A stretch of DNA of 64,000 nt, taken from contig DAOMOX010000005.1 of NCBI GenBank assembly GCA_035444565.1, positions 5,045-69,044 of the forward strand, read 5' to 3'. The notes beneath the pieces are model-generated. The model saw nothing but the letters and a program-made list of their open reading frames with translations. It made no database searches and was not told the origin of the DNA. The stretch is from Candidatus Dojkabacteria bacterium (GTDB lineage Bacteria; Patescibacteriota; Dojkabacteria; B142; OLB20). This document shows positions 59,646 to 64,000 of the stretch, one piece after another. Made by a program: the position numbers and the translations under genes. Every line of letters begins with the position of its first letter. Positions within the stretch are counted from its first letter, which is position 1.

Positions 59646-60755
59646 TTAAGTGCATGCACCACTACTACACCCATTTTCACAAGCTCGGGTAGTGTATTCG
59701 TAAGCATCGTACCACCCCTCGTAGTCTGATTTAACACAGAAGAATTTCACTGCAGTGTCATCAACACAATAATCCTGGAGGGATAATTCGTTCATATAAA
59801 CCGTATTACTATCTTTGTAATCAACTACTTCACTTGGAGAAGTTTCCAAGCAACTTCTATCTACTACTTTGTCACGTACATTGACGAAAGAATAACTTAT
59901 TGAATTATTGTTCGAATTAGTGTCACCATCGTAACTCATGGTAAATTTGAAGTTTGTTGTATCACCCACTAATTGTGCATTGTTTGTATACTTCCAAGTA
60001 TACGCTGTATTGATAAAGGGTCCGAATTCACCAGCTTGTACTTTTATTGGAGAGGTCGTCCGAACTACTTTATCGTTAATGCTGTGTTCAAATACAATAG
60101 CTTTTTCAGTATCACTAGTGTTTTTAACTAGTGGCATAAATGCATTCTCAACATCAATACTAATCTTATCACCATAAGTATAAAGAGCCACAATTTCAAC
60201 ATCACCAGTCTCCAAATCAGTAAATTTATTAGTACCGGATGATGATATAGATACTGTGGGACTTACAATTCGTGTGGGAGCGGGTATACTTGTTGGCTGA
60301 GGTTTGTAATAGTATGGGTCATATGGATTTGAAAGGACCTCGAACTCCAAGCAATCATATCCTTCATCATGAACCAAAGTTTTTACCTCTGAATTATCAT
60401 AAAAGTAATAGTAACGATGATTTTCAATGTCTTTCTCATCCGCACTCATAGGAAAGTCTGTACATATTTTATAATTGAATTCATCTAATTTCCGATACTC
60501 ATAATGTTTTCCAGTTTTATCATTTTTGTATTGCTCAGAATCACTGTCATAATAATCCAAATCGTCAATCTGAAAAGGCAGGGAAGATTTTTGTCTATAA
60601 TGAGATTTGATGTTTTCACTGATATTTCTTATCTCCTTAACTATCGCTTTATCATAATTCATCTTGACCAAGTCAAATGGGTTACCTATTAATGCAAGGA
60701 CTAATACACTAGCAAATATCCATAGGATTATCACAAACGTATAGTAATTTTTCAT
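59646..60755 (-). CDS. Membrane-anchored protein with pilin-like helical N-domain and Cys-rich C-domain
   Basis: TM, then D......I..I...I..HY.....LP..I..L....KTG..YEY......Y.IC..F. Overlaps the upstream DUF5671-like gene by 4 nt. Confidence 0.6.
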   Translation of the reverse strand: MKNYYTFVIILWIFASVLVLALIGNPFDLVKMNYDKAIVKEIRNISENIKSHYRQKSSLPFQIDDLDYYDSDSEQYKNDKTGKHYEYRKLDEFNYKICTDFPMSADEKDIENHRYYYFYDNSEVKTLVHDEGYDCLEFEVLSNPYDPYYYKPQPTSIPAPTRIVSPTVSISSSGTNKFTDLETGDVEIVALYTYGDKISIDVENAFMPLVKNTSDTEKAIVFEHSINDKVVRTTSPIKVQAGEFGPFINTAYTWKYTNNAQLVGDTTNFKFTMSYDGDTNSNNNSISYSFVNVRDKVVDRSCLETSPSEVVDYKDSNTVYMNELSLQDYCVDDTAVKFFCVKSDYEGWYDAYEYTTRACENGCSSGACT

Positions 60756-61423
60756 TCTATTTTTCTGTCTTCTTTAGTTTGATTTAGTGCATACATGAAG
60801 ATTAGTGCGCTTATTCCGACAATGATAAGCGTATCAAAAACCGCCTCTAAATTTATCTCCCCACCTAAAAACCTGGTTAGAACAATGATTAAATCAACTA
60901 TGACAACTATACTAGTGATAATCATCGTTATGTAAACAAGAACTAGTCTCAGCGTTTTTCTTTTCAATTCAGGATAGAGCTTTGTTCTCTTTGTGACCCT
61001 AATAAAGAAAAACGAGAAAATCGGAACCACAACAATTAGCGCAGCTACATATATTTCCATCCAACCCGTACTGTAATAGCGCATGGCCGATTCTTCAAAA
61101 AATAAAGTCTGATCTATGAACATGTTCAATAACACCCCACTCGCAATTGCTGTAATTCCCATCGTTACGAACATCATCACATTTTCAAAAGCATCCCATA
61201 GGGTATACCTCACCGGCTTTTTCCCTGTATCTGTTTCTTCACTAGATGGATTCTGGTCGTTTTCGTCACTTAAGCTACTTTGTTTTGTGGGGATATTCTC
61301 GTAATCTTTTGGAGGCAGAGGTACTCCATTATTTAGAGATTCGAATGTGTGTCGAATATCCTCCATTTTCCATCCTGATGTACTTAACAGATTCTCTATC
61401 TCTTGGTCACTTTTTCCTTCCAT
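60752..61423 (-). CDS. DUF5671-like membrane protein
   Basis: G.S..EI...L...GW...DI N-domain, A.LIV..PIF, R....Y.T........DLI..L..FL.GE. Confidence 0.65.
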   Translation of the reverse strand: MEGKSDQEIENLLSTSGWKMEDIRHTFESLNNGVPLPPKDYENIPTKQSSLSDENDQNPSSEETDTGKKPVRYTLWDAFENVMMFVTMGITAIASGVLLNMFIDQTLFFEESAMRYYSTGWMEIYVAALIVVVPIFSFFFIRVTKRTKLYPELKRKTLRLVLVYITMIITSIVVIVDLIIVLTRFLGGEINLEAVFDTLIIVGISALIFMYALNQTKEDRKIE

Positions 61424-61539
61424 TCGCTGCTTCTTTACGAAATCAACAATTTTATGTATAAATTTTCACTACACTCTTATATAATTAGGTCTATTCTATG
61501 AGAGTATTAAGCAATAAATTGTATCTTTAAATTAACTAT

Positions 61540-62181
61540 ATGCCAGAAATATCATCAGATAATCCACTAATCCATAAAGTGAGGCAGCTTAATATGGCTG
61601 TTCCCCTCAGAAGAAAATCTTTATTGACAAAGTGGGCAAATGATTAGGGTATAACTCCACAAGAAATGTTACAACTATTATCGAGAGCTGAGGTCTCAAG
61701 GATTCGTGAATTAGAGAAAGGTCCTCTTTATCATTATCACACTATGCCCTTTTCCAGATTAGAAGATGCGCTTCAAGATGGTGCTTTGGAATCAATGAAC
61801 ATTCAAAAAGAAAGAGGTAGAGAATTCGAATCAAGTGGTTCTAGGCCAGATGTCGTTCAGTTTACGAGAGATAGATACAAAGCTAATGGTGAGCTATCGG
61901 AATGTGGGGTTAATAGCGCTATTAAAGCAACTGGCGATATGTGCGTCTTGGTTTTTGACCCTAGAATTATGGATCTTCCTGATTATGACATCACCGGAGA
62001 ATACCCATCGATACCCAGGATTAGTCTTAATAATGGGACACTGATTGCATGTTTATATCATAATCCCCAGCAAGCAAGGGAATTATTTACAAATCTAGCA
62101 GAAGAAAATCCGGGGTTAATCTTTGCTACACCTGAGGAGTGGATGGGGAACATCGAAAATCCTAAAATGACAGACGTGTGA
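61540..62181 (+). pseudogene. ADP-ribosyltransferase-like (DarT/Tpt1-like motif) protein interrupted by an in-frame TAG at 61645; ORF 61666-62181 is the distal part
   Basis: ATG 61540 is in frame with 61666, separated by one TAG (..KWAND*GITPQEML..). YH.T....L...L..G.L.S ... V.FT motif. Confidence 0.45.
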
Positions 62182-62199
62182 TTTATAACCTTTTCATAC

Positions 62200-62508
62200 T
62201 TATCGCATCCCGGAGGACTTATTGTTTTGATTGTTTATTTTGGTTGACTTGCAATTACTTTTTAAATATTCTCTCAGTATTTTCTTTAATGTTCTTCTTC
62301 CATAACCAGACTTTAAATATCTCTCATATCTTTTAGCATCACTTTTGTTTGGAAGTGCAAAATAGCAGATTGGGTTGTATGGCAGGTGTTTTCGAGTATA
62401 TATAAATTCACCTCTGTTGTGTTGGTTTATTCTCCGAGTCAAATCCATCGTATAGCCTATATACCAAGACTGATCCTTTTTACTTTGTATGACATATACG
62501 AAAAACAT
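62200..62508 (-). CDS. Stand-alone GIY-YIG nuclease
   Basis: FVYVIQS.KD..WYIGYT.DL.RR..QHN.G...YT....P.......A...ERYLKSG.GR. Confidence 0.9.
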   Translation of the reverse strand: MFFVYVIQSKKDQSWYIGYTMDLTRRINQHNRGEFIYTRKHLPYNPICYFALPNKSDAKRYERYLKSGYGRRTLKKILREYLKSNCKSTKINNQNNKSSGMR

Positions 62509-62581
62509 TCAATAATGGTATACGGAGAGAGAGTAATGCTATTTATTTAGATACCAAGTTTAAATTTGGGAGTAATTTATA

Positions 62582-62729
62582 GTCACGTGATATTTTTCAC
62601 TTCGTTCAAAATAAACGTGACCCATTGAGTTTAGCTTTTGAGATATAATTGTCAAGTAATATCCTCCCTTTGGTCGGATAAACGTGACTCATTGCGTTTA
62701 AATTTGCGTAGCAAATTTATCACGCAATG
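62582..62729. repeat. Three related imperfect palindromes between the tmRNA 3' end and the GIY-YIG gene
   Basis: 62582-62621 and 62651-62688 (GTCAcGTgATAT..ATAAACGTGAC), and 62690-62729 in the opposite orientation (CGTGATA..TAAACG core). Confidence 0.7.
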
Positions 62730-63187
62730 GAGATGGCGGGAATCGAACCCGCGTCCAAACGATACTGCGACCTACATACTACAAGCTTAGTTGATTTAAT
62801 TTGAAACAGTTTGATCAAAATCAACAAAAGCCAAACTGCTTTGATTTATAAGTGCTTCGGTTCTAAGCATAAATCAAACTTAAAACCTGCAACTTGACTA
62901 AGTTTCTCCCCAAACCTCCCGCCAAGTGAGGAGAGAATGAGAAGGTTGCTTACTTGTCCGCCGAAGCTTACGCGAAGGCGGGATTAATTAGGCAACAGCA
63001 AAGTTGAATTGAGGTTCGACATTGAAAAATGCTACTACTCTATCAACGAAGCCTTGAATTTTGGTTTTGACGCTTAAGTCAATTTCCGATTGCTCGGAAT
63101 ATCCTCCCGTTTTTAGCGAAGTGGCAGGATAAAGCACTTCGGCTTGCGGTAAATCACGGTCATCATCTGTCGAAGCCGATCATCCCC
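62728..63187 (-). ncRNA. ssrA: tmRNA (~460 nt; 3' CCA not encoded)
   Basis: 5' GGGGATG..TTCGAC and 3' GGACGCGGGTTCGATTCCCGCCATCTCCA. G3:U acceptor pair; pk1 present. Tag ORF 63071-62988 ends in ..FAVA*. Confidence 0.95.
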
Positions 63188-63333
63188 TTATTATCAACAT
63201 AAACTATATATTGACAAACAGTGAATATCCATAATTATAACATGTAATGAATTGTGTGGTTATTGATTCTTATCTCTACTTGATAAAATGTATCAAAGAC
63301 GTATAGAATGAATTAAATTAATGACAAAATCAA

Positions 63334-64000
63334 ATGATGCCACCTACTCTTCCAATTATTGATTCAACGCCACAAACACCTATAGATCCAAAAAAAGAAT
63401 TATTAAAACCCTTTAATAGTAGTGAAAAAGCGACTGAAGCTGTGAGAGAACTTTTCAGAACTATTCCTCCAGAGAAATTTGATAGTCTTGTAGGCAATGG
63501 TGTTTTACCCAGAATATTGGAACACGTACCTGACCAAACATTTGATACTACCCCAAATGTTTTAGCTCATGCATGGACAGCGGGTGAAGATTTAAAACGA
63601 CAAACTGCCAACTCGATACCACGAACTATCATCGACACACATCTTACAAGAACACGCCCTAGCAACCAAAGCGGAGCATTTGCCACCATGGATTTTTCAC
63701 AAAAAGGGCTTAATGGAGAAAACTTATATAGTGAAAGAAATCCTGGACTTGTACTTACTGCGAGATTACTCGCTGTTGCTGCAGGTATGGACAATGTTCC
63801 AGTTCTAAAAACAAATTATGCTGGGAGAATAGATCCCAAGGCAGCCAACGGATTGTTGGCCGCAAGGATAATCACTATAGCAAATGGTTTACCTGAAGGT
63901 TTTTCAGACACCATGCCACCTCAAAAAAGACAACTCTTTCCAAATCTTGAACCTACCCCTGCTTTAGAAAATGCCGTTTATGAAATAATGAGAGCAAGAT
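63334..64000 (+). CDS. Hypothetical protein (3' partial)
   Basis: Open frame from ATG 63334 (MMPPTLPIIDSTPQ..) to the window end with no stop. Confidence 0.7.
   Translation, partial: MMPPTLPIIDSTPQTPIDPKKELLKPFNSSEKATEAVRELFRTIPPEKFDSLVGNGVLPRILEHVPDQTFDTTPNVLAHAWTAGEDLKRQTANSIPRTIIDTHLTRTRPSNQSGAFATMDFSQKGLNGENLYSERNPGLVLTARLLAVAAGMDNVPVLKTNYAGRIDPKAANGLLAARIITIANGLPEGFSDTMPPQKRQLFPNLEPTPALENAVYEIMRAR

Noticed and set aside
61624-61655. Promoter TTGACA...TATAAC for ORF 61666
   Set aside because: The spacing is 20 nt, and the motif lies inside the probable upstream coding part of the same gene.
58000-62727. Integrative island at ssrA
   Set aside because: No integrase, and I found no duplicate of the tmRNA 3' end downstream by eye.

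Overview
A 64-kb AT-rich chromosomal segment from a small-genome host-dependent bacterium, most likely Patescibacteria/CPR (Dojkabacteria-like; inferred from gene content, not proven). The genetic code is standard (TGA is used as a stop) and strong Shine-Dalgarno motifs are scarce. Housekeeping genes include groES-groEL with a CIRCE operator, rplY, jag, yidC, rsmE, xfp-ackA, a polyprenyl synthase, dgkA, DUF368 and tmRNA. Four features stand out. (1) An apparent operon joins a membrane-anchored Clp-type AAA+ ATPase to seven VirB2/TrbC-like pilin genes carrying variable Cys-rich domains. (2) A four-gene surface-structure locus encodes a 3266-aa LamG/propeller adhesin and two ~560-aa paralogs, all sharing one C-terminal module, plus a DUF916/WxL-interacting-like membrane protein. 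(3) Two stand-alone GIY-YIG nucleases each sit among their own family of REP-like palindromes; palindrome insertions also occur in a CDS and in the tmRNA. (4) A nucleotide-processing cluster combines a HAD nucleotidase, an active-site-variant GTP cyclohydrolase II, an N-glycosidase/RHH fusion and a kinase-like protein. Two genes appear interrupted: an HD protein by a frameshift and an ART-like protein by an in-frame TAG. All family assignments come from reading motifs by eye; no database searches were run.
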